Shown one piece after another: positions 25,225 to 33,234 of a stretch of 38,464 bases of DNA. This stretch comes from an uncultured Eubacteriales bacterium (lineage in GTDB: Bacteria > Bacillota > Clostridia > Oscillospirales > Butyricicoccaceae), in contig CATJIY010000073.1 in NCBI GenBank assembly GCA_949740695.1, positions 1-38,464 on the forward strand, in the 5' to 3' direction. Below the pieces are notes generated by a model. It saw nothing but the letters and a program-made list of their open reading frames with translations, was not told the origin of the DNA and made no database searches. Made by a program: the position numbers and the translations under genes. Each line of letters opens with the position of its first letter. The first letter of the stretch is position 1.

Positions 25225-26140
25225 TTTCCGGGATGACCTGATTCATGGCAAGAATCGCTACCTCCATCATGTCATCCTCCGGCTCTGCGGTGGTCAACCG
25301 CTGAAGCGCCAAGCCGGGCTTGCGCAGCAAAATAGTCAGCCAGTTATCATGCCGCCCGGCAAACCGGTTGATCTCATAACTCACTCCCGCCACCACCGGC
25401 AGCATAGCCAGCCGAATGGTCATCCGCACCCAGGGATTCCCCCAGGAAAACAGAGAAAATACCAGGATGCTGACGATCATCACCATAAAAAGAAAGCTGG
25501 TGCCACACCGAGGGTGCAGCCGGGAACACTGGCGCACATTGTCCACCGTCAATTTCTTCCCGGCCTCATAACAAGCGATGGTTTTGTGCTCAGCTCCATG
25601 AAACATATAGGTGCGGTGAACGTCCTTTTGCCGGGAGGTAAGCCAAAGAAAGCTCAGAAAAATCACAATCCGCAGTCCGCCCTCGGCCAGATTCCGCAAA
25701 ATGGATGGCAAGCTGTCCCCCATCAGTCCAGCCAGCAAAGTGGGCAGCAAAATAAACAACACCACCGGCAGCGCTACCCCCAACGCCAGGGCCAGACCCA
25801 TCAGCGCCTTTTCCAACCTTTCACCCCCTAGCTTCTTTTCCAGCCAAGACTCAAATTTTCCAGACGGAACCGCTTCTCCATCTTCCAGAAAATCAGCCGA
25901 ATAGGTAAGGGCGCGCATGCCAAACTTCATGGAATCCCAAAAGCTCACCACGCCCCGAACCACCGGCAACCGGGCCCAAGCCCCATGGCTCATGGTTCCG
26001 GCGGCTTCGGTTTTTATCACTGGTTCTTGGCCCGGCTTGCGGCAGACAATGGCGGTCTTTCGGGGACCGCGCATCAAAATGCCCTCAATCAGCGCCTGGC
26101 CGGCAATGCTCGTTTTCTTTTCGTTCTTTTTGTTTGACAT
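25202..26140 (-). CDS. DUF1385 family membrane protein (YqhQ-like)
   Basis: N-terminus IAGQALIEGILMRGP and HGAEHKTI block typical of DUF1385, with several TM helices. Start set at the ATG at 26140 with RBS GGGAGAG. It overlaps the prmC start. Confidence 0.8.
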   Translation of the reverse strand: MSNKKNEKKTSIAGQALIEGILMRGPRKTAIVCRKPGQEPVIKTEAAGTMSHGAWARLPVVRGVVSFWDSMKFGMRALTYSADFLEDGEAVPSGKFESWLEKKLGGERLEKALMGLALALGVALPVVLFILLPTLLAGLMGDSLPSILRNLAEGGLRIVIFLSFLWLTSRQKDVHRTYMFHGAEHKTIACYEAGKKLTVDNVRQCSRLHPRCGTSFLFMVMIVSILVFSLFSWGNPWVRMTIRLAMLPVVAGVSYEINRFAGRHDNWLTILLRKPGLALQRLTTAEPEDDMMEVAILAMNQVIPENEGEDEW

Positions 26141-26205
26141 AGCTTGTTCTCTCCCTATTCCCAAACGGACAACCGATCCGCTTCTTTGCCATAAAAGTTG
26201 TTTTT

Positions 26206-27666
26206 CTATTCGGCAGGCAGCTCTTGATACAGGGGCAGCACCACCCGAACAATGGTGCCCTGCCCGGCCTGGCTTTCAATCTCCAGCTTGCCGCCATGCA
26301 TCTCCACAATATCATTACACACCGAAAGGCCGATGCCGGCGCCTCGGCCCTTGGCGCTTCCCTTATAGAATTTCTGCTTGACAAAAGGCAGCTCATCCGC
26401 CGGAATCCCCTGCCCGAAATCCTGAATGGTCACCACGCAACTGCCCTCCCAAATTCGAGCGGATACCTGAACCCGGTCGCCGTTTTTTCCGTATTTTCCC
26501 GCATTATCAATGAGATTCAAAAAAACCTGCTTCATCCGGTTGCGGTCGGCAAAGACCATGATGGGGCTTTCCGGCTCCTCATATTCAATTTCCATCCCTT
26601 CCTGCTGAAGCATATCGGTATAGGTAAACACCGCATCGTAAAGATCCCCACGCAAGTCAAAGGGTTCGGTCTGAAGCCGCATCCCCCCTCCTTCAATCCG
26701 GGAAAAGTCCAACAGCTCCTCCACCATCTGAGACAGACGCCGCACTTCCTTTTTAATGATCGACAAACCGCGAGTGGCCAGTTGAGGATCGTCCAAACAG
26801 CCCTCAATGGTATCCGCCCAACCAGAAATGGCTGTAAGGGGGGTCCGCAATTCGTGGGACACCGAGGAAATAAAATCGTTTTGCGTCTTTTCCATCCGGG
26901 AAAGCTCGGCGGACATGTCGTTCAGCGTGCGGCAAAGCTCTCCAATTTCATCATTAAAATCCACATTCAATCGGATACCATACTGTCCGCTGGTGATTTT
27001 TTTCGCAAAATCATTGATGTGCATCACCGGGGTCACAATAGAGCGCAAAAAATAGCTGTTAGAGAAAAAAACCATAGCGGCCAAGGCCACATAGGCCAGA
27101 GCCAACCAAAGATAAATCTGTTTGAGCTGCCGGTCCAGCAAAATCAAAGAAGATACGCACCGCACCGCGCCAATCTGCCGCCCGCCCCGATGATAAACCG
27201 GCGCGGTAGAGGCCATTACTTTTTCTTCGGTCAACAGATCAAAGCCGTTATAGGTTTCCACCTTCCCGCTGGAAAAAGCGGCGGCAATCTCCCCAGTTTC
27301 TGGAACATAGCCGGCGGTCATCCCGTTGGAAGAAAACATCACCCGGCCGGACTCATCCAAAATCTGAATCTCCATCCGGTCAGCCAGACTAAAATTCTGT
27401 ACCAGATTGCGGCTATACTCATAAAACTCGCTGTAGCTGGTACTGAAATACCGATTAAGATATTTAGAAGTCGTTTCAGCCTGCCCTTCCAGCTGCGCCT
27501 GTACCGAGGAGGAAAAATAATAAGTGGCAAAAACCGCCACCAGTCCAATGACGAAAAATAAAAGCAACAGTACAATGCTCATATTGTTGATGAACCACCG
27601 GCGTTTGATACCGCCATCTAACCCAATATGCGCCAGCAGCGGTTTTTTTCTGGGCGTCTGCTCCAT
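26206..27666 (-). CDS. Sensor histidine kinase (two TM helices, extracytoplasmic domain, HAMP, HisKA, HATPase_c)
   Basis: H-box SHELRTPLT, N-box NLIDNAGKY, and G-boxes DFGQGI and GAGIGLS. Start chosen at the ATG at 27666 with RBS GGAGGG. The ORF track extends to 27726. Confidence 0.85.
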   Translation of the reverse strand: MEQTPRKKPLLAHIGLDGGIKRRWFINNMSIVLLLLFFVIGLVAVFATYYFSSSVQAQLEGQAETTSKYLNRYFSTSYSEFYEYSRNLVQNFSLADRMEIQILDESGRVMFSSNGMTAGYVPETGEIAAAFSSGKVETYNGFDLLTEEKVMASTAPVYHRGGRQIGAVRCVSSLILLDRQLKQIYLWLALAYVALAAMVFFSNSYFLRSIVTPVMHINDFAKKITSGQYGIRLNVDFNDEIGELCRTLNDMSAELSRMEKTQNDFISSVSHELRTPLTAISGWADTIEGCLDDPQLATRGLSIIKKEVRRLSQMVEELLDFSRIEGGGMRLQTEPFDLRGDLYDAVFTYTDMLQQEGMEIEYEEPESPIMVFADRNRMKQVFLNLIDNAGKYGKNGDRVQVSARIWEGSCVVTIQDFGQGIPADELPFVKQKFYKGSAKGRGAGIGLSVCNDIVEMHGGKLEIESQAGQGTIVRVVLPLYQELPAE

Positions 27667-27713
27667 CCTCGCTTTCCCTCCTTTCCCAGAGCGATTGATC
27701 GGAAGCCGGCCGG

Positions 27714-28400
27714 TCAGCTCTCCCACTTATAACCATAGCCCCATACGGTAGTGATATGCTTGGGCTGGGCGGCGTCCTCTTCAATCTTTAGCCGGAGGCG
27801 GCGGATATTCACATCTACCACTTTTAAATCCCCTTGGTAATGTTCTCCCCAGACCAGAGATAAAATGCTGTCCCTGGAGAGAGCCTTCCCCGGATTTTCC
27901 AAAAATGTTTTCATAATGAGATATTCCACCTGGGTCAGCTCCACCTTTTTCCCCTGGTGCTTCAACTCCCGGGACCGCAAATCCAGCTCATACTCCCCGC
28001 TTTGCAAAATATCGCTCTGATAGCCCATGCCGCAGATGCGCCGGTAAAGAGCGTCCACCCGAGCCACCAACTCAGCCACCGAAAAAGGTTTGGTCACATA
28101 ATCGTCCGCGCCAGTCATCAATCCGGTAACCCGGTCGCTCTCCTGCCCCATGGCAGTGAGCATAATGATCCCGATCTTGCTGCCCATACCCCGAATACGG
28201 CGGCAAAGATCAAAGCCGCTGACATCGGGCAGCATCACATCCAGCACCGCGATAGCCAGATCATTGTGATCCCGGAGGTACGCTTCCGCGTCTTCTCCCA
28301 AACCAAACTCTACCGTCTCATAGCCTGACCGCTGCAAATTGATTACCACAAATGCCCGGATATTATCCTCATCTTCTAAAACCAAAACCTTTTTTTTCAT
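27714..28400 (-). CDS. OmpR-family response regulator
   Basis: Receiver domain (VLVLEDED...VLDVMLPDVSG...) plus a winged-helix C-terminal domain (LTQVEYLIMKTF...VWGYGYKW). Confidence 0.9.
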   Translation of the reverse strand: MKKKVLVLEDEDNIRAFVVINLQRSGYETVEFGLGEDAEAYLRDHNDLAIAVLDVMLPDVSGFDLCRRIRGMGSKIGIIMLTAMGQESDRVTGLMTGADDYVTKPFSVAELVARVDALYRRICGMGYQSDILQSGEYELDLRSRELKHQGKKVELTQVEYLIMKTFLENPGKALSRDSILSLVWGEHYQGDLKVVDVNIRRLRLKIEEDAAQPKHITTVWGYGYKWES

Positions 28401-28402
28401 CT

Positions 28403-29737
28403 TTAAAAAGCCTCCCCGTGCCAGCTGATTTCAATGGTATGGAATAGTGTTTTTACCGCCTCTAGCGGCAAAAACAGTTCCGGATCCTCCCCTTCAATCA
28501 CGCCGCAACGGTAAATCCCCGCCGACGTGCTGGCCAGCGGCTGAAGCTGGCGGTAAAGATCGGCCTGACTTTCCCGGCTGCTGCCGGTAAACAGGTAGAT
28601 GGACATTACTTCCTCCGTCTTGCCTTCCTGCCTCAAGTGGAAAAACTTCGTTCGAGAATAGTGCATGCCGCTGATTCGCTCTGCCCGCACCTGATCCCCC
28701 CAACTTTCCGGCCAGGCCAGATACCAGCTTTCCCCCGGAACATGATAGGTGGAGCTTACCTGGATTTCATCTCCCATCGGGTCATAATTCATCCAATCCA
28801 ACCGGTAGCGGGACTCATTTTCATTAGCGTCATAAGGAAAGCTGTGGTTCACTGGTACGTCGATCTGTCCATCTCCGCTGATATCGCTGCAAAAAACAGA
28901 GCTGCTGCGCCAAGTCCGCCCTCCAGATCCACTGGCCGGGTCCATGGTTCGGTTGACCGCCTGCCGGCCGTCATAACAGATCAAATCAGTGACGTAGCCG
29001 CCGGCAATGGCAATGCTATCAATATACAGCCCAATCCGCCCCTCTTCCAGTTGGCCAAATTGCATATTCGCTACCGAACGCACCTCGATACACATCGGAG
29101 CTTCCCAAGAAACCTGATAGCCGGCTTTTCCCATTCGATAAACCCGGGCGGTATAAGACCCGCTGACACTGTCCCGCACAGCAAAAGCCAACTCTTCCGC
29201 CCCGTCTCCATCCAAATCGGAAAAAGCCACATCGGCATATTGCATATCCAGCAGCACCGTCATGCCCCCTTTCGAAAAGCCATAGACAGTCATGCCATAA
29301 GAACCGCCCTCGTCAAAACCCCAGCAAACTGCCAACGCTCGCGTTCCATTCCCCAGCTGCGGGTAATAGATGGCCTGCAAAGCGGTGCCATAGCCCTCCG
29401 CCATACCCATAGGAAGATATTCGTCCTTCTCCCGACGAAACCCATATACCTGGAAGGAACCGCTTTCCGTGCGGAAAAAGGCCAGCACTTCTTCATGGCC
29501 ATCCCCATCCAGATCCACCTCCTGAACAGCCTGCCGGTTGGTACCCGATTCAGCCACCGCATAAGCCGCGCCGCCCTGCAAAATCACATCCAGCTGCTGC
29601 TGAAGCTGGACATATTCCGCCGGAACTTTGGGTAAGGAAAGAAGGCTGTCGCCAGTTTTCAGGCTACAGCCCCCGCCAAGGATCCAGATACACGCCAGCC
29701 CCGCCGCCAGCAGAGCGATCTTCCAATATCGACCCAT
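28403..29737 (-). CDS. Putative lipoprotein with FG-GAP/VCBS-like DxDGDG repeats, first gene of the two-component operon
   Basis: Signal peptide MGRYWKIALLAAGLACIWILGGGC with a lipobox Cys. Repeated VDLDGDGHEEVLAF and SDLDGDGAEELAFA, and a later GDGQIDV. Its stop lies 2 nt from the regulator start. Confidence 0.6.
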   Translation of the reverse strand: MGRYWKIALLAAGLACIWILGGGCSLKTGDSLLSLPKVPAEYVQLQQQLDVILQGGAAYAVAESGTNRQAVQEVDLDGDGHEEVLAFFRTESGSFQVYGFRREKDEYLPMGMAEGYGTALQAIYYPQLGNGTRALAVCWGFDEGGSYGMTVYGFSKGGMTVLLDMQYADVAFSDLDGDGAEELAFAVRDSVSGSYTARVYRMGKAGYQVSWEAPMCIEVRSVANMQFGQLEEGRIGLYIDSIAIAGGYVTDLICYDGRQAVNRTMDPASGSGGRTWRSSSVFCSDISGDGQIDVPVNHSFPYDANENESRYRLDWMNYDPMGDEIQVSSTYHVPGESWYLAWPESWGDQVRAERISGMHYSRTKFFHLRQEGKTEEVMSIYLFTGSSRESQADLYRQLQPLASTSAGIYRCGVIEGEDPELFLPLEAVKTLFHTIEISWHGEAF

Positions 29738-29861
29738 GATCTCAGCATCCCCTTCCCTCAAAAAGTCCAGAAATTTTCTGAGCCGCCCTTTCTCTTTCAT
29801 CAATATTGCAGGAGCGGCCCGCAACGGCCGTTGGAGCAATACCCTGCGGGTATGACGCCAT

Positions 29862-29888
29862 CCCCAGAAAATTCTTGATTTTCTGGGG
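29862..29888. repeat. Perfect 11-bp palindromic hairpin in the operon upstream region
   Basis: CCCCAGAAAAT (29862-29872), TCTTG, ATTTTCTGGGG (29878-29888). There is no adjacent T-tract on either strand. Confidence 0.7.
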
Positions 29889-29961
29889 CTCTCTATTCCT
29901 ATTGCACAGATTGTTCGGCAAATGGATTGTCGAATATCAGGGCGCGGCCCATAAGGGCTGT

Positions 29962-29990
29962 TGATACAATGCCTTGTAAGTATTGTATCA
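29962..29990. repeat. 9-bp inverted repeat with 11-nt spacer
   Basis: TGATACAAT (29962-29970) and ATTGTATCA (29982-29990), lying between the P-loop gene terminator and the lipoprotein/TCS operon. Confidence 0.7.
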
Positions 29991-30041
29991 CATTTCCCCC
30001 ATAGTTCCTATAGCTTTCACAAAAAATTCCCGATTTTCTCG

Positions 30042-30069
30042 AAAAAAAGCCCCGGGAATTTCCCGGGGC
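30042..30069 (-). terminator. Intrinsic terminator of the small P-loop gene
   Basis: Minus strand reads GCCCCGGGAAATTCCCGGGGC followed by TTTTTTT, 15 nt after the stop. Confidence 0.85.
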
Positions 30070-30084
30070 GGCCTATGCAAAGAT

Positions 30085-30498
30085 TTAGAAGTACTTTTTC
30101 ACGCCCTCATCGGCCGCTTCCGCGTCGCCGCTGATGGTAATGGTAAATTTAATGCCGCTGGTTTTAGAGAAAGCTTCCAGCTTATCCAGGAACGCGCCCG
30201 CCTTACTGTCGTCATCCGAGCCGGTCACCTTGAACAATCCGTCAATAAAGACATGGGTGATATCATAGTTTCCGGAATACAAACCGCAGACAAACGCGAA
30301 GAGGGTCTCGTACCCCAGTTCTATGGAATACTCCGAAATATCAATCAATTTAGCGCTGTACTTAATGTTCAGGCGTAAATTTCCTCCGCACTCCACGCAG
30401 ACAACGCTGCCCGCTTCCTCGTTGACGGCGACGTTTACCAACTCAATCAACTGCTTGGTTTTTCCAGAACCGCGCTTCCCCATAATGACTTTGACCAT
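30085..30498 (-). CDS. Stand-alone 137-aa P-loop NTPase of unknown function
   Basis: Walker A GKRGSGKT at residues 7-14 and a Walker-B-like HVFIDG. ATG at 30498 with AGGAGG 9 nt upstream. It has its own promoter and terminator. Confidence 0.65.
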   Translation of the reverse strand: MVKVIMGKRGSGKTKQLIELVNVAVNEEAGSVVCVECGGNLRLNIKYSAKLIDISEYSIELGYETLFAFVCGLYSGNYDITHVFIDGLFKVTGSDDDSKAGAFLDKLEAFSKTSGIKFTITISGDAEAADEGVKKYF

Positions 30499-30588
30499 GT
30501 TCCATTTCCTCCTAATCAGGTAGTGGGCGATATGCTCCTGCCGGCGGCTTTCGGCCGTCCTGCTGGAATACATTTTATTTCTGTCATC

Positions 30589-30617
30589 ATCATACCATAC
30601 TTTTTAGCCAGTCACAA
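30589..30617 (-). promoter_or_regulatory. SigA-type promoter for the small P-loop gene
   Basis: Minus strand reads TTGTGA (30617-30612), 17-nt spacer, TGgTATGAT (-10 at 30594-30589). Confidence 0.55.
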
Positions 30618-30673
30618 CCGTTTTTTTTGGAATTCACAAGATTTTTTCCAAAAGCAAATTCACCCTCAGCTGG

Positions 30674-31804
30674 CTACCGGCAACAAAGGCACTGGAGATT
30701 TCGGTAAAAAATTTCCCACAGGGTTAGTCGAGACACGCCCTCGCTGGCCAGCACCGGTATCCGGCATACCTCTTCTCCCTCCATTCGCACTGAAAGCGCC
30801 CCCAATTGCTGTCCCGATTCTACCGGCGCGGCCACCGTCTCAGGCAGCTCCAGCACCTTTTCCAGCTGACTCAGCCCCGCTCTGGGCAGCACCAGCGGCT
30901 CCTGCCTTCCCAGCTCTACCGGCACCAGGTTTTGGCTCCCCATCTCTACCGGAATGGGCAACAACGGCCGATCAGTGGTTAAAGTAACGGCGGCGTAATT
31001 GGCAAAACCCCAATTTAAGAGAGCCGCTGCGTCCGCGCTGCGGTTTTCCTTATTATCGCTGCCCATTATCACCGCGATCAAGTGCAGACCTTCCTTTTCC
31101 GCACTGGCCGAGACGCAATAGCCGGCGGTGGAAGTAAAGCCTGTTTTCAGTCCGGTAACGCCGGGGAAACTTTTCAGCAGCTTATTGGTATTCACCAGCA
31201 CTGAGGCTCCCTCCCGAATGTTATCCTGCCAGATGGTGGTGTATTGGGTGATCCAAGGGTGCTCCCGCAGCAGTTGAGCGCTCATTAGCCCAATGTCATA
31301 AGCCGAAGTCACGTGGCCTTCCGCTGTCAGGCCGCAGGCGTTGACAAACCGGGTGTCGGTCATCCCCAGCTCTTGGGCCCGCTGATTCATCCGCTGAACA
31401 AAAGCCTCTTCGCTGCCCGCCAGATGTTCGGCCAAAGCCACCGCACAATCATTTGCCGAAACCACCGCGATGCATTTTATCATCTCCTCTACAGTAAGCA
31501 CTTCGCCCTCTTCCAGCCAGATCTGACTGCCGCCCATAGACGCGGCATAAGCCGAGGCGGTCACCGAATCAGTAAGGGCAACCTTCCCGCTGTCAATATC
31601 TTCGCAGGCCAACAGCAATGTCATCACCTTTGTCACGCTGGCTGGCTCCCGAACCGCGTGGCCGTCCTTTTCCAGCAGTACCGTCCCATCCAAAGTTATT
31701 AGCACTGCCGAGGGCGCTGCCACTGAAACAGGAAGCGCCTCCTCTCCAAAGCAGGGAACCGCCAGCAGTCCCAAAGCCAGCGCCGCCGCCAGTAATTTTT
31801 TCAT
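30674..31804 (-). CDS. Serine-type D-Ala-D-Ala carboxypeptidase (S11, PBP5/DacB-like)
   Basis: Signal peptide MKKLLAAALALGLLAV, SxxK (SVTKVM), SxN (SAND), KTG (LKTGFT) and a C-terminal PBP5-C-like domain. Start at the ATG at 31804 with RBS GGAGGG. Confidence 0.88.
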   Translation of the reverse strand: MKKLLAAALALGLLAVPCFGEEALPVSVAAPSAVLITLDGTVLLEKDGHAVREPASVTKVMTLLLACEDIDSGKVALTDSVTASAYAASMGGSQIWLEEGEVLTVEEMIKCIAVVSANDCAVALAEHLAGSEEAFVQRMNQRAQELGMTDTRFVNACGLTAEGHVTSAYDIGLMSAQLLREHPWITQYTTIWQDNIREGASVLVNTNKLLKSFPGVTGLKTGFTSTAGYCVSASAEKEGLHLIAVIMGSDNKENRSADAAALLNWGFANYAAVTLTTDRPLLPIPVEMGSQNLVPVELGRQEPLVLPRAGLSQLEKVLELPETVAAPVESGQQLGALSVRMEGEEVCRIPVLASEGVSRLTLWEIFYRNLQCLCCR

Positions 31805-31950
31805 AAACGCACCCTCCAAACTCGCTTTTTGTGGGATTTTATGCGAAGATCAAAGGAAATAGACCAGCTTTCCGCTGTTGCTTTTTTCCCAGTTATCCGG
31901 TAAAATAAAAGGGACCATCCATTCGACCTGTGAAAAACGGTGAATCCATA

Positions 31951-33234
31951 ATGAAAGTTGCTTTTTATACCCTCGGCTGCAAAGCCAACCAGTTTGAAAC
32001 GCAAGCGCTGGAGCGCTTGTTTGCCCAGCGAGGCCACCATGTCGTGCCCTTTGACCAATTTGCCGATGTTTATGTGGTCAACACCTGCACGGTTACCGCC
32101 ATATCCGACCAAAAATCCCGGGCCGCCGCCCGCCGGTGTAAAAAAATCAATCCTAACGCCCGCCTGCTTCTCTGCGGGTGCTACGCCCAGGTCCAGCCAG
32201 AGGAAGCCAAAGCGGCCTGCGGGGCCGACGGAGTCATCGGTACTCCGGATAAAAGCAAAATTTTGGATCTGGCGGAAGGGCTGGCTCCTGGCGGTGTCAG
32301 AGATTTGTGGCATAACGCGCCGCCCCTCTTTGACCATCTGCCTGCCGGCGGCCTTTCCGGCCGAACCCGGGCGCTACTGAAAGTGCAAGACGGCTGCCAA
32401 AATTTCTGCACCTACTGCCGTATTCCTTTTGCTCGTGGACCCGAAAGAAGCCTGCCTTTTGACCTAGCGTTGGAAGAGGCCCGCCGGCTGGAAGCTGAAG
32501 GCTATCGAGAGATTGTTCTCACCGGTATTGAAATCAGCGCCTATGGTCGCGACCTGCCGGGCCGGCCCACTCTGCTGGAGCTGATTGAGGGACTTTGCGC
32601 GGCTGCGCCCTCGACCCGGTTGCGGCTGGGCAGCTTGGAGCCAAACACAGTCACCCCCGAGTTTGCCCGCCGGTGCGCCCGGCTGGACAACCTGTGCCCT
32701 CACTTTCATCTCTCCCTGCAAAGCGGCTGCGACAAGACGCTATACGCTATGAACCGGCACTATACCGCCGCCCAATATCAGACTGCCTGCGGCCTGCTGC
32801 GGCAGGCCATGCCAGAGTGCGGGCTGACCACCGATCTGATCGTGGGCTTTCCTGGTGAAAGCCCAGAGGATTTTCACCAAAGTTTGGAATTATTGTCTCG
32901 ATGCAGACTGGGTAAGGTTCATGTATTTCCCTTTTCCCGGCGGGCTGGCACCCGAGCTTACGATCTGCCGGGCCAGCTCTCTCAAAAGGAAAAAGCCCAG
33001 CGGGCAAAAATCGCCGGAGACTTCTGCCGGACGTTGGAGCGAAACGACCTGAAAGCCCGAATTGGGCAGACTTATCCAGTGCTTTTTGAACAGGAGGCCT
33101 ATGGCTGGTCTGCCGGACACATCCCGCAATATTGCCTGGTGCGAGCCAAAGGAACCGGCCTGCACAATCAGATTTTGCCGGTGCGGATCACTGGCATGGA
33201 AGAAGAAACGCTTGTAGGAGAGGTGTTGCAATGA
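31951..33234 (+). CDS. mtaB: tRNA threonylcarbamoyladenosine methylthiotransferase MtaB
   Basis: MKVAFYTLGCKANQFE N-terminus, radical SAM CQNFCTYC, C-terminal TRAM-like region. The ATG at 31951 is preferred to the GTG at 31930, but its RBS is weak. Confidence 0.8.
   Translation: MKVAFYTLGCKANQFETQALERLFAQRGHHVVPFDQFADVYVVNTCTVTAISDQKSRAAARRCKKINPNARLLLCGCYAQVQPEEAKAACGADGVIGTPDKSKILDLAEGLAPGGVRDLWHNAPPLFDHLPAGGLSGRTRALLKVQDGCQNFCTYCRIPFARGPERSLPFDLALEEARRLEAEGYREIVLTGIEISAYGRDLPGRPTLLELIEGLCAAAPSTRLRLGSLEPNTVTPEFARRCARLDNLCPHFHLSLQSGCDKTLYAMNRHYTAAQYQTACGLLRQAMPECGLTTDLIVGFPGESPEDFHQSLELLSRCRLGKVHVFPFSRRAGTRAYDLPGQLSQKEKAQRAKIAGDFCRTLERNDLKARIGQTYPVLFEQEAYGWSAGHIPQYCLVRAKGTGLHNQILPVRITGMEEETLVGEVLQ

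Noticed and set aside
26224-27561. 445-aa plus-strand ORF antisense to the histidine kinase
   Set aside because: It is a shadow ORF. The kinase on the minus strand has complete H, N and G boxes. The antisense product has no recognisable features or RBS.
28637-29635. 332-aa plus-strand ORF antisense to the lipoprotein gene
   Set aside because: It is a shadow ORF. The minus-strand frame has a signal peptide with a lipobox and repeats, and is tightly coupled to the regulator gene.
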